Shown one piece after another: positions 36,246 to 44,399 of a stretch of DNA of 56,324 nucleotides. The DNA is from an uncultured Brevinematales bacterium (GTDB taxonomy: Bacteria > Spirochaetota > Brevinematia > Brevinematales > JAOACQ01): assembly GCA_964392785.1 (NCBI GenBank), contig CAYMRH010000003.1, positions 1 to 56,324 of the forward strand, read 5' to 3'. Every line of letters begins with the position of its first letter. Position 1 is the stretch's first letter. The notes under the pieces are model-generated. The model made no database searches, was not told the DNA's origin, and saw nothing but the letters and a program-made list of their open reading frames with translations. The translations under genes were made by a program, and so were the position numbers.

Positions 36246-37751
36246 TTAAGCATTATCTGAATCCATGGGACGAATCATCGATTCGATGAACTCAATATCC
36301 TTGTCACTTAAACCAAAATGCGAGTATAACATTTTATCTGTCCATTTCTTTTTCATATTCATTTTTGGAACAAATGCAAATCTATCCTTTGTTATATGTT
36401 GCGTGTTTTTCCGCAACCCAACAAGAAATCTTACAAATCTTGTTCTTATATATCTGTTTAAATTATCCGCTTCATCCTGATTATCGTATGCACCAACGAC
36501 AATATATGTTTCGGTGCAGGCGCTCATAGGGGGCGCAATTATTGGTTTTCCCATAATCATACGTGGATAATCTCTGGTTTCACCGCCCTCACCATAGCCC
36601 ATAGATAGAAACACTTTCCATAAAGGAATTAATTCAAAACCATTTTCTATATCCTTTCTTTCGATCTTACCAACAGTTTTATTGGCATATAGCTTAATAT
36701 TACCTTTACCAGTTGGTTTGATAAACGTCCTTAGTCCGAAAGGTTTTTGCCGGGATACTTGTTCGCTGAGCGATGGATATTTTTTCTCCAATACCTTATC
36801 AAGGATTGATATCGCTTTGTTAAAACGGACAAATGTATCAAATTGATTAAGCTTTCGTTTCATCGAGTCTTCATTGTTATTCATATTTGTCGTAACAAGA
36901 CAGTCTCCTTGGTAATCGCGTTCCCATAAGAAGTAACAAACACCGCCAATAACTTTTACTCCGGGAAATACATCCGATGCAATAGGATAATCAACCAATC
37001 TTGATATTCTTTTATCATTCAACATGCTGTCTCTGAATTCATCAAGGCCTTTGCCTCCTGCAAACCAACGCGAAGGAATAATAAAGCTGAGATATCTTGG
37101 ATTTAATTTCTTGGCAGTATTGACAAATAATTGATAAATTGGGGATGAGCCTGTGCTATCACCGGCATCACTCAATTGATACGGCGGGTTGCCTACAATC
37201 ACGTCAAATTTCATATTAAATAACTCCTCCGTCTGTTCGGTATGGATAAACTGATACGCATGCGTTTCCAGCGTTTCGCCGCGATCATATTCAACTTGGC
37301 TTGCGCCACAATAAACACATTTACCGTCTTCCCATTTGTGTTTGATGCTTTTAAACATGATATTGCCAACTTCATTTGTAAAAGCACTGCAAACGGAATA
37401 CTTTCCATCCGCTATTTTTGAACAGTATAGCGACCTTCGTGATAAAAGAGCGGTCAGCTCGGTAATGGCAATACCGAATATCTGTTTGGTGTAAATATGA
37501 TTTAGACGCTTTTGCATACTCGGAATTTCTTTTTCAAGACCCGCAATAAGCCGTTTGGCGATTTCCCGCAGGAATACGCCTGATTTTGAAACAGGATCAA
37601 GAAATGTCACATTTTTGTTTTTCCAGAGATCTGCAGGCAGTAAATCCAGTATTCTGTTGGCCAACTGTGGCGGTGTAAACACCTCGTCACTACTTAAATT
37701 GGCAAGGCAAGATAAAACATCCGGGTTATAGCCGGTATTAATCAGCATCAA
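36246..37751 (-). CDS. N6-adenine DNA methyltransferase (gamma-class, Eco57I/TaqI-like), 501 aa
   Basis: Motif X DEVFTPPQLANRIL, motif I FLDPVSKSGVFL and motif IV FDVIVGNPPYQ. The C-terminal half is a probable target-recognition region. Confidence 0.75.
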   Translation of the reverse strand: MMLINTGYNPDVLSCLANLSSDEVFTPPQLANRILDLLPADLWKNKNVTFLDPVSKSGVFLREIAKRLIAGLEKEIPSMQKRLNHIYTKQIFGIAITELTALLSRRSLYCSKIADGKYSVCSAFTNEVGNIMFKSIKHKWEDGKCVYCGASQVEYDRGETLETHAYQFIHTEQTEELFNMKFDVIVGNPPYQLSDAGDSTGSSPIYQLFVNTAKKLNPRYLSFIIPSRWFAGGKGLDEFRDSMLNDKRISRLVDYPIASDVFPGVKVIGGVCYFLWERDYQGDCLVTTNMNNNEDSMKRKLNQFDTFVRFNKAISILDKVLEKKYPSLSEQVSRQKPFGLRTFIKPTGKGNIKLYANKTVGKIERKDIENGFELIPLWKVFLSMGYGEGGETRDYPRMIMGKPIIAPPMSACTETYIVVGAYDNQDEADNLNRYIRTRFVRFLVGLRKNTQHITKDRFAFVPKMNMKKKWTDKMLYSHFGLSDKDIEFIESMIRPMDSDNA

Positions 37752-38409
37752 TTAGCCTCAGAAAATGAGTAACGGGGTACTCTCTGACAGGATCGGGTAT
37801 AAATACATCATCCCCTAGGTCGGAAAAAAGCGGCTCGCTCTTTATTTCTTCATGGGCTAAAAGTCCGTGAAAAGTAAAATCGCGCCTTTTGATATTGCTT
37901 CCATTAACGGGCGACCATTCGGAAAATGTGATGGGATTCTGAGTCACCCCAACGGTTTTAAGAGTCAGCGCGTCGCCCCAAATGATATTTTTACTTAATA
38001 TGAACTTGACCGAATCGAGGCATTCTTTCTTGATCTGATTTTGGAATATAGTCACATATCTTTCATTAAATATCTCGAAAAGACGGTTCCGGCAGTCCTG
38101 AACGTTATCTTCCAGAATATCGATGCCGTAAACACTGGAAATAACCAAAACGGCATTACGCTCATATTCAATCTGGCTTTTAGCATACTTCGTTTCAACC
38201 ATGCTTAATTTGCGCCGGAGAATTACGGCTAAAAAGTTGCCTGCTCCACAGGCCGGTTCCAGAAAACGGGATTCAATTCTTTCCGTTTCTTGTTTGACAA
38301 GATCCAGCATAGCATTGACTTCCCGCGACGCGGTATAGACCTCGCCGTGGTCAGTTACACGCTGTTTGGAAACGACTTGGGATGCTTGTTTCATTTGCGT
38401 CATATTCAA
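37738..38409 (-). CDS. Truncated methyltransferase-like paralog (SAM-binding motifs X and I present, catalytic NPPY absent), 223 aa
   Basis: HGEVYTASREVNAMLDLV (motif X-like) and FLEPACGAGNFL (motif I). No NPPY/DPPY; the corresponding position reads NIIWGDAL. Overlaps the downstream MTase gene by 14 nt. Confidence 0.55.
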   Translation of the reverse strand: MNMTQMKQASQVVSKQRVTDHGEVYTASREVNAMLDLVKQETERIESRFLEPACGAGNFLAVILRRKLSMVETKYAKSQIEYERNAVLVISSVYGIDILEDNVQDCRNRLFEIFNERYVTIFQNQIKKECLDSVKFILSKNIIWGDALTLKTVGVTQNPITFSEWSPVNGSNIKRRDFTFHGLLAHEEIKSEPLFSDLGDDVFIPDPVREYPVTHFLRLIDAD

Positions 38410-39143
38410 TTCAATTGCCTTTCTTTTTTACTTAACTTATCGTTATCAATAATATAGTATTCGAGAGTTTGATTATTCTTTGTATTCTTATTCTTAAGAA
38501 TATTCAGAAATACAAAACCAGCTAAAGCCTGATGGTCTCTGATGGCATGTTTAAAATTGATAAAATGAAGAATTATTAGTACAACAGCAATTACTATAAC
38601 ACAAGTATCTTTGAAAATTATTGATCTAGAAACAATGCACAAAGTTATTAATAACCAGGCCGCTAATGCTGAAATTGAGGCAATACATATTGTACCTAGC
38701 GAGGTTGAAACATCTGCCAATCTTTTCATTCTGGTAATATCATATTTAAAATTCGTATTCGCTTTTGAATGATCAATCACTGAATTTACGATTAAATACG
38801 ACCTTTTCTTTTGATTAACAAGTTTAATATTATCTTTGTAATTATTAAATATAATTAGATTATTATTTACAGCATAATCAACAATATCATTGAAATTGCT
38901 TGAATAACATGAACGCCAAACAAAAGCATAATATATTACACCAAATATAAAACCTAATCCTCCAGAAGCAAGTAAGCCAGAAAGTATAATAATTGCATTT
39001 CCGAGCGAACCATTAACTAGTAATGAATGAAAATAATTGAGAACAGTATAACGATCTGATGAAAGTAAAAAATATAATATCAATTCAACAAAAAACACCA
39101 GGCTCGGTAAAATATAGCGAAAATAGCTTTGCATATCTTTCAT
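38406..39143 (-). CDS. Hypothetical polytopic membrane protein, 245 aa
   Basis: At least 4 predicted TM helices. AT-rich codon usage matches the island. 4 nt start/stop overlaps with both neighbouring genes. Confidence 0.5.
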   Translation of the reverse strand: MKDMQSYFRYILPSLVFFVELILYFLLSSDRYTVLNYFHSLLVNGSLGNAIIILSGLLASGGLGFIFGVIYYAFVWRSCYSSNFNDIVDYAVNNNLIIFNNYKDNIKLVNQKKRSYLIVNSVIDHSKANTNFKYDITRMKRLADVSTSLGTICIASISALAAWLLITLCIVSRSIIFKDTCVIVIAVVLIILHFINFKHAIRDHQALAGFVFLNILKNKNTKNNQTLEYYIIDNDKLSKKERQLN

Positions 39144-39757
39144 GATATGATAACCCCATATTCCTTCTGAAGCAATGATATTTCATTAGGTAACTTATAG
39201 TCTAAATCATTAATGAACTCGATTATTTCGCACACATGAAGAGTCTTTTTATTGTGAATTGGCAGGGCAATGTATTCGATTGGAATAACAATATTTATTA
39301 GATAATCAAGAGCCTCCTCGCTCCAATATCTTTTAGCCAAATTAACATCCAATAAACCGCTTTCAACAAAAACCTTAATGTTCATAAAATAATTAATTAT
39401 CTTTCTTCTGTAAGCATCTAAATTATTGTCATTATTTGAAGAATTTATACACTCAAGATATTTATTAACTAAAATAATTAATTTATCCTTCTTTACTATA
39501 TCAGTATCATCACTATAAATATAGCATTTATGATCCCTTGCAAAATCACAAAGTGATTTTATTGCTTGGTGCATATCTTTGGTTGAATATTGTTCAACTG
39601 CCTTAATAAAGTTGTTGTATTTTGTATCTTTTCTTGATTTTAAGATTGTGTATATTGATAAAATGAAAGCAAGCAACGCAATGATTACATCCGCATGATT
39701 TATGAGTAATCTGATTGGCCATAGAAGCCAATTAACAATAGTACAAAGATTGCCCAT
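39140..39757 (-). CDS. Hypothetical membrane-anchored protein, 205 aa; first gene of the island operon
   Basis: N-terminal TM helices (LCTIVNWLLWPIRLLINHADVIIALLAFILSIYTIL) and a soluble C-terminal domain with no recognised motif. Confidence 0.5.
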   Translation of the reverse strand: MGNLCTIVNWLLWPIRLLINHADVIIALLAFILSIYTILKSRKDTKYNNFIKAVEQYSTKDMHQAIKSLCDFARDHKCYIYSDDTDIVKKDKLIILVNKYLECINSSNNDNNLDAYRRKIINYFMNIKVFVESGLLDVNLAKRYWSEEALDYLINIVIPIEYIALPIHNKKTLHVCEIIEFINDLDYKLPNEISLLQKEYGVIIS

Positions 39758-39976
39758 ACATATCCAACTATTTATTATAATGCAATCACATTATACCCCC
39801 TCCCCCTCCATCTCGTCAAAGCATGATTAGGATTCAGGATATAGGATTTAGGGTTCAGAGGGGTAGGCAGGTCCTTGTTAGGGTCTAGAGGCCAAGATTT
39901 GGGATTCAGGGGGATAGACGGGTCATAGTAGGGATCAGAGGACTGGATTTAGATTTAGATAAAATATTCCGCTTGT

Positions 39977-40147
39977 CTAGAGTAATGATAAAAATACTGT
40001 AATGATAATTATTACTAAAAATAATACAACAGGAATAAGAATTAATAGTTGGCAACCGGTTAATTTTAATTTTGCGCCACAATTCGGACATATTTTTGCG
40101 CTAGAACTGATTTCTTTACCACATTCTCTGCAATTGACTAGAGCCAC
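39977..40147 (-). CDS. Small zinc-ribbon membrane protein, 56 aa, below the ORF-track cutoff
   Basis: Hand-translated: V(GTG)ALVNCRECGKEISSSAKICPNCGAKLKLTGCQLLILIPVVLFLVIIIITVFLSLL*. A CxxC-x12-CxxC zinc ribbon plus a C-terminal TM helix. AGGAG lies 6 nt upstream of the GTG. The overlapping 61 aa ORF listed at 39906..40091 is judged spurious. Confidence 0.35.
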   Translation of the reverse strand: MALVNCRECGKEISSSAKICPNCGAKLKLTGCQLLILIPVVLFLVIIIITVFLSLL

Positions 40148-40187
40148 ACCGCTCTCCTTTCAGCTCGTTTTCTAAGCGAAACCAATT

Positions 40188-40540
40188 ATACCCCCTCCCC
40201 CGCCCCGGCGTCAAAGCATTATTAGGATTCAGGGTCTAGGATTTAGGGTTCAGTTATATATTAACCAGCTGGCTGCCCCTAAATCCTGGATCCTGACCCA
40301 TAAACTGCCCTTAAAAACGAGGTCATCGGCCCAAATAACGAGGCTGTCCTCCTTAATAACGAGGACAACGCCCTTCCGAACGAGGTTACCGGCCTTCGGA
40401 ACGGCAATGCCGGGGTTCAGAAGGAGGATATCCTCCCTTTTCAGGGGAACAGCGGGGTTCTGAGGGGGAATGGCCTCGCTTTTTGGGGGAATAGTGGGGT
40501 TCTGAAGACCAATTTCGGGGTTTTGGCAGCCGCAGTGACA
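40188..40540. repeat. Composite repeat copy A upstream of the small zinc-ribbon gene: ATTATACCCCCTCCCCC box, TTAGGR-like degenerate repeats, then a 21 bp tandem array
   Basis: CCAATTATACCCCCTCCCCCGCCCCGGCGTCAAAGCATTATTAGGATTCAGGGTCTAGGATTTAGGGTTCAG at 40188-40260. About ten ~21 bp units follow from 40315 (AACGAGGTCATCGGCCCAAAT, AACGAGGCTGTCCTCCTTAAT, AACGAGGACAACGCCCTTCCG, AACGAGGTTACCGGCCTTCGG, ...GGGAATAGTGGGGTTCTGAAG). Confidence 0.55.
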
Positions 40541-40935
40541 CAGAGACGCAGAGGATAACCCTCGTCGAAGTTTATCCTGAGCGAGCGTTGAAAGCGCGAG
40601 TCGAAGGGCTAGGGATGACCATGCTCGTTTCCTGACGTCAGAGGCGCTTGGAGCGCCGGCCGCGTAGCGCCACGGACGCTCCTAAGAGGCGGGCTGGGCT
40701 CTGACTAAAGTGTCAGGTGAATACTCTCACGGTACAATTAATCATTTAACTCTACCTTTATAACTCTTTTCAAGAAATACCCCACAATGTTCTCACATAA
40801 CTGTTCGGGGCTTGGCGTAATGGGCGCTTTTCAGCACAAAACTTGATAAGAAACACAGTGTTTATATTTAGCACATAATTTCAAACGAAATACGTCCGCC
40901 CCTATTACATCAAGCACTTGTTAACGGTTCAAGTA

Positions 40936-43608
40936 TTACTGTAATTTTATTGTTTTTTTACAGTTGGGATAATTCGTGCAACCTAAGAAATCTCCATATT
41001 TCCCTGTTCTCTTTATCATATAGCCGCTATAGCAATTTGGGCAGAGGATTTCATCATCTAATATTTCTAAATTGTTAAACGTTTGATCGCAATTAGGATA
41101 ATGTGAACAGCCTAGAAAGTGAGTGCCATTTGATGGGTTTTGTCTAATAATAAGCTTCCCTGTTTTACAGTATGGACAATTTGTAGTTTTGAGCGATCCG
41201 TCAGCAGAAGTTAACAAATAAATATTATCATTTATTATTTCTTCAATAAATAATGAAGGTTCAGTCGGGGTAAGTAATACAACCTCATTTTTAGTTCTTG
41301 TTAACGCTACATAAAACAACCTACGTTCCTCCGCAAATCTAAACTCTTCGTCATCACTGAGCAAAAGAGATAAGATTGGGTCGTCAGTCATTTTATTGGG
41401 AAATCCAAGCAATTGATTCTTAAGATTTAATACGATTACATTGTCCGCCTCAGTTCCTTTTGACTTGTGTACGGTTAAATATTTAATGTCCATATCTTCA
41501 AATCCTTTAACTACTAATTTACCAGTTCTCTCAATGTATTTAACCCTACTATTTGTGGTTTTCTTTATTAATTCGTTAATATCAAACCCATGTCTGCCTA
41601 AAACTAAGATTGATTTGCTTCCATATCTATTTACAAGATTTTGTATTTCGTTTATGAATGAATCTTCCATCTCTTCTTGCGTGTAATAAACAATTCTAAC
41701 AGGGTCTTTCAAAGGTTCTTTCTTAGACTTAGGGGATTTTGATATTTGTTTGGGATTTTTTTGAATGTATTTTGATGCAATGTCAATAAGTGCTTGTGAA
41801 TTTCTGTATGTCTGTTCAATCAATAGTTGTTCATGTATTCCTAGGTATTTTTCGAAATTACTGAATAAAGATATATCGCTACCTGCAAAACGATAAATCG
41901 ATTGCCAATCGTCTCCAACACAAATCAATTTTGCACCAGATAAATCACGAATTTCCTTGATCAAATGAAATCGTGAATACGAAATGTCTTGATATTCATC
42001 TACTATTATATACTGATAGTTGAATTTTATTTTATTACTTTTTATGATACCAGTAGCCATATTTATCATATCATTGAAATCAATCTCATTTCTTTCTTTT
42101 AAAGTTTGGTCGTATTTTTCAAGAATTGGAAGCGCAAATTGCAAGAACATTGCTTGACGTTCTAGCATAAAGTCGCTTTGGAATTTTGTTTTATCCGAAA
42201 ACAATTTGACTAACGAAATCTTGTTTAAACCTCTTGATTTACTTAGATTAACAAAGCTTTCAATAAGGTTATTAATTTCCTTGCCGATATTTATGTCATT
42301 GATCGATATTTCTGTGTAAATTATTTTTGGATCTCTCGGCTTGAAAGCAACCTTTTCCGCTTCCAACATTTCCTTCAGCTTCTTTAACAATATTTTATCT
42401 CTATTGTAATAGGAATATGTTTCTAGTAATTTGGTGCCGTAGGCTTTGTGTGTTTCCCTTTTTAATTGCATAGTTTCTAAATATTTTTGTTCATTAAAAG
42501 GTGTGAGCCATTTTGCCCGATTATATTCGTCTACGCCAAAATGTTCTAAATATATTTCATAATCTGTTAGAAAAAAGTCAGGACGATACATTGCCTGTCC
42601 ATAAGGGTATGGTTTTTCATACTCATACTCAACTCCATTCAGATATAAATAGTTAGCTATTATTAGTTCCTCAACACTTTTAACCCTCTCTCCTTGCATG
42701 GTATTTAGATTTGGTTTTGAAACGATGTTTGAAGGTTCGCATTTTGATTTCAATGTTTGAAAATCAATCCCCTTTTCTGTATCTATTTTTTCTCCCAAAG
42801 ACTTGTAATTGTCAAATTCTTCAGGAATATTCATATAGCATGCAACGTATTGAATAAAAGATTGCAATGCTTCCATATCGTTGAAAATGTCTGTTTTTAA
42901 ATACTCTTTGATCACTCCACTCATTGTGTTTTCATTTGTAACGGCAGGAATGACCGAATAGTATTTTTTTATTATATCATAACCAAGTTTATGAAAAGTA
43001 GTTGCCAGTGCACCAAATCCTAATTTATGAATTCTTTCATTTAACTCTTCTACGGTTTTTTTTGTAAAAGATAATAACAAGATGTTATTGGGATTGATAT
43101 TTTTCTGTTCAATTAGATATTTCACTTTTCCAAGGATTGTAAGTGTTTTACCCGAACCCGCACCAGCAATTATTAAATTCGAGTATTCGTCTGTTATCAA
43201 TGCAGTCCGTTGCTGATCATCTAGCTTTTTTCCTTCGATATTGTCAAAATACTTTTCTAATATTTCTTTTTGTTTATTAACGTAATTTTGGTTATATCGA
43301 GCAATATATCCGTCAAAATCACTGAATATATCATTAAATGTCTTAACGGTTTCTTCTTTCTTGTAATAATAAGTTTTGTTAGCAAAATACTTACTCACAT
43401 CCGAATATTCTGTTTTTATCTGGTCACGGTGTACCCAAGTAACATAATCGTTAAGTGATTGAATACGATGAATAAATTCAGTAATCAGTTGTAAGTTCTC
43501 TAAATAAACAGCGTCTTGATACTTTCTCCTTTCAGATAGTTGCTGGAAAACAATAGAGAAAGCAATTATCACAAACAGGGCGAAAATAAGAGTTAGAATC
43601 GTAACCAC
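40936..43608 (-). CDS. Membrane-anchored UvrD/Rep-family (SF1) helicase with an internal restriction-endonuclease-like insert and two C-terminal topoisomerase-type C4 zinc ribbons, 890 aa
   Basis: N-terminal TM helix VTILTLIFALFVIIAFSIVF. Motif I LIIAGAGSGKTLTILGK and motif II YQYIIVDEYQDISYSRF. Insert around ...YRPDFFLTDYEIYLEHFG... . The C-terminus reads NCPYCKTGKL...GCSHYPNCD and LCPNCYSGYM...GCTNYPNCK. Confidence 0.7.
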   Translation of the reverse strand: MVTILTLIFALFVIIAFSIVFQQLSERRKYQDAVYLENLQLITEFIHRIQSLNDYVTWVHRDQIKTEYSDVSKYFANKTYYYKKEETVKTFNDIFSDFDGYIARYNQNYVNKQKEILEKYFDNIEGKKLDDQQRTALITDEYSNLIIAGAGSGKTLTILGKVKYLIEQKNINPNNILLLSFTKKTVEELNERIHKLGFGALATTFHKLGYDIIKKYYSVIPAVTNENTMSGVIKEYLKTDIFNDMEALQSFIQYVACYMNIPEEFDNYKSLGEKIDTEKGIDFQTLKSKCEPSNIVSKPNLNTMQGERVKSVEELIIANYLYLNGVEYEYEKPYPYGQAMYRPDFFLTDYEIYLEHFGVDEYNRAKWLTPFNEQKYLETMQLKRETHKAYGTKLLETYSYYNRDKILLKKLKEMLEAEKVAFKPRDPKIIYTEISINDINIGKEINNLIESFVNLSKSRGLNKISLVKLFSDKTKFQSDFMLERQAMFLQFALPILEKYDQTLKERNEIDFNDMINMATGIIKSNKIKFNYQYIIVDEYQDISYSRFHLIKEIRDLSGAKLICVGDDWQSIYRFAGSDISLFSNFEKYLGIHEQLLIEQTYRNSQALIDIASKYIQKNPKQISKSPKSKKEPLKDPVRIVYYTQEEMEDSFINEIQNLVNRYGSKSILVLGRHGFDINELIKKTTNSRVKYIERTGKLVVKGFEDMDIKYLTVHKSKGTEADNVIVLNLKNQLLGFPNKMTDDPILSLLLSDDEEFRFAEERRLFYVALTRTKNEVVLLTPTEPSLFIEEIINDNIYLLTSADGSLKTTNCPYCKTGKLIIRQNPSNGTHFLGCSHYPNCDQTFNNLEILDDEILCPNCYSGYMIKRTGKYGDFLGCTNYPNCKKTIKLQ

Positions 43609-43689
43609 AATTTATCTTCCCGAATTATGTTTATGTTACATCGGGTTTGTTTCTTTTGCCTGACCGCTAACTCATATATATACGAATCC

Positions 43690-44120
43690 CATTATACCTC
43701 CTCCCCCTCCGCAGCGTCAAAACCATATTAGGATTCAGGGGCTAGGGTTTAGGATTTAGGAGGGTAGGCAGGTCCTCATTAGGGGCCAGTATTTAGGATA
43801 CAGGGAAATATGCACCAACTGATGTGTTCCTGAATCCTAATCCCTAAAACCCGACCCCTAAACTCTAACCCCTAAATCCTAGACCCTAACCACCACCCCC
43901 GGAACCCTAAAACCTGAATCCTGACCCCTAACATGGCCTACGGAAGGGGAACGTTGCCACTCTGAACGCCATCATTGCCCTTCCGGATAGCAACGTTGCC
44001 CTACAGAACGAGGACATTGGCCTTCCGGACCCCAACGTCGGGGTTCAGAAGGAGGATGTCCTCCCTTTTTAGGGGAATAGTGGGGTTCTGAGGACCAATT
44101 TCGGGGTTTTTTGGTCGTAA
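43690..44120. repeat. Composite repeat copy B upstream of the UvrD-like helicase gene; includes an inverted block of TTAGGR repeats
   Basis: CATTATACCTCCTCCCCCTCCGCAGCGTCAAAACCATATTAGGATTCAGGGGCTAGGGTTTAGGATTTAGG... at 43690-43800. CCTAAATCC/CCCTAAAAC units read in the opposite direction at 43830-43930 (potential long hairpin). 21 bp array at 43940-44120 (AACGCCATCATTGCCCTTCCGG, AACGAGGACATTGGCCTTCCGG, ...GGAATAGTGGGGTTCTGAGG). The 3' part is near-identical to 40400-40540. Confidence 0.55.
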
Positions 44121-44399
44121 ACCACAAAGACACAAAGGAACACAAAGTCAGCTGCGGAGGGCGCGGAGAGCCGGAGGGTTGCCCTCGACCGCCCCCTTCG
44201 ACACGGCCGCCGCGGTGAGCCGCGTCGAACCGTCAGGGCATCGCCTCGGTCGCGGTTGGCGAGCGGAGCCTGCGGTGAGCGAAGCCGAGACTTTTACACC
44301 GAGCCTTGCCCCGAGCAACGTCGAGGGGTAGCCGAGGTGCCATCCTGGCTCCCGTGCACTGGCGCTAGAACATCCATGTTCGCGCCAGTACCTACGGCC

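Larger units (their letters stand above)
33694..44399. mobile_element. 10.7 kb AT-rich genomic island (putative horizontally acquired defense island) bounded by inverted repeats; no integrase or transposase seen
   Basis: Abrupt compositional drop in a ~60-65% GC background (visibly AT-rich; percentages estimated by eye). All seven island genes are on the minus strand. Flanked by the 33481-33693 and 44400-44626 inverted repeats and by copies of the dispersed repeat families at 44123-44300. Confidence 0.55.

Noticed and set aside
39906-40091. The 61 aa ORF listed at 39906..40091-
   Set aside because: It is low-complexity with no ribosome-binding site. The overlapping frame encodes a convincing CxxC...CxxC plus TM small protein instead.
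40315-40560. A heptad-repeat peptide reading frame across the 21 bp tandem array (NEVIGPN NEAVLLN ...)
   Set aside because: There is no ATG, GTG or TTG start after the upstream stop and the ORF track does not list it. The period is more plausibly a DNA-level repeat.
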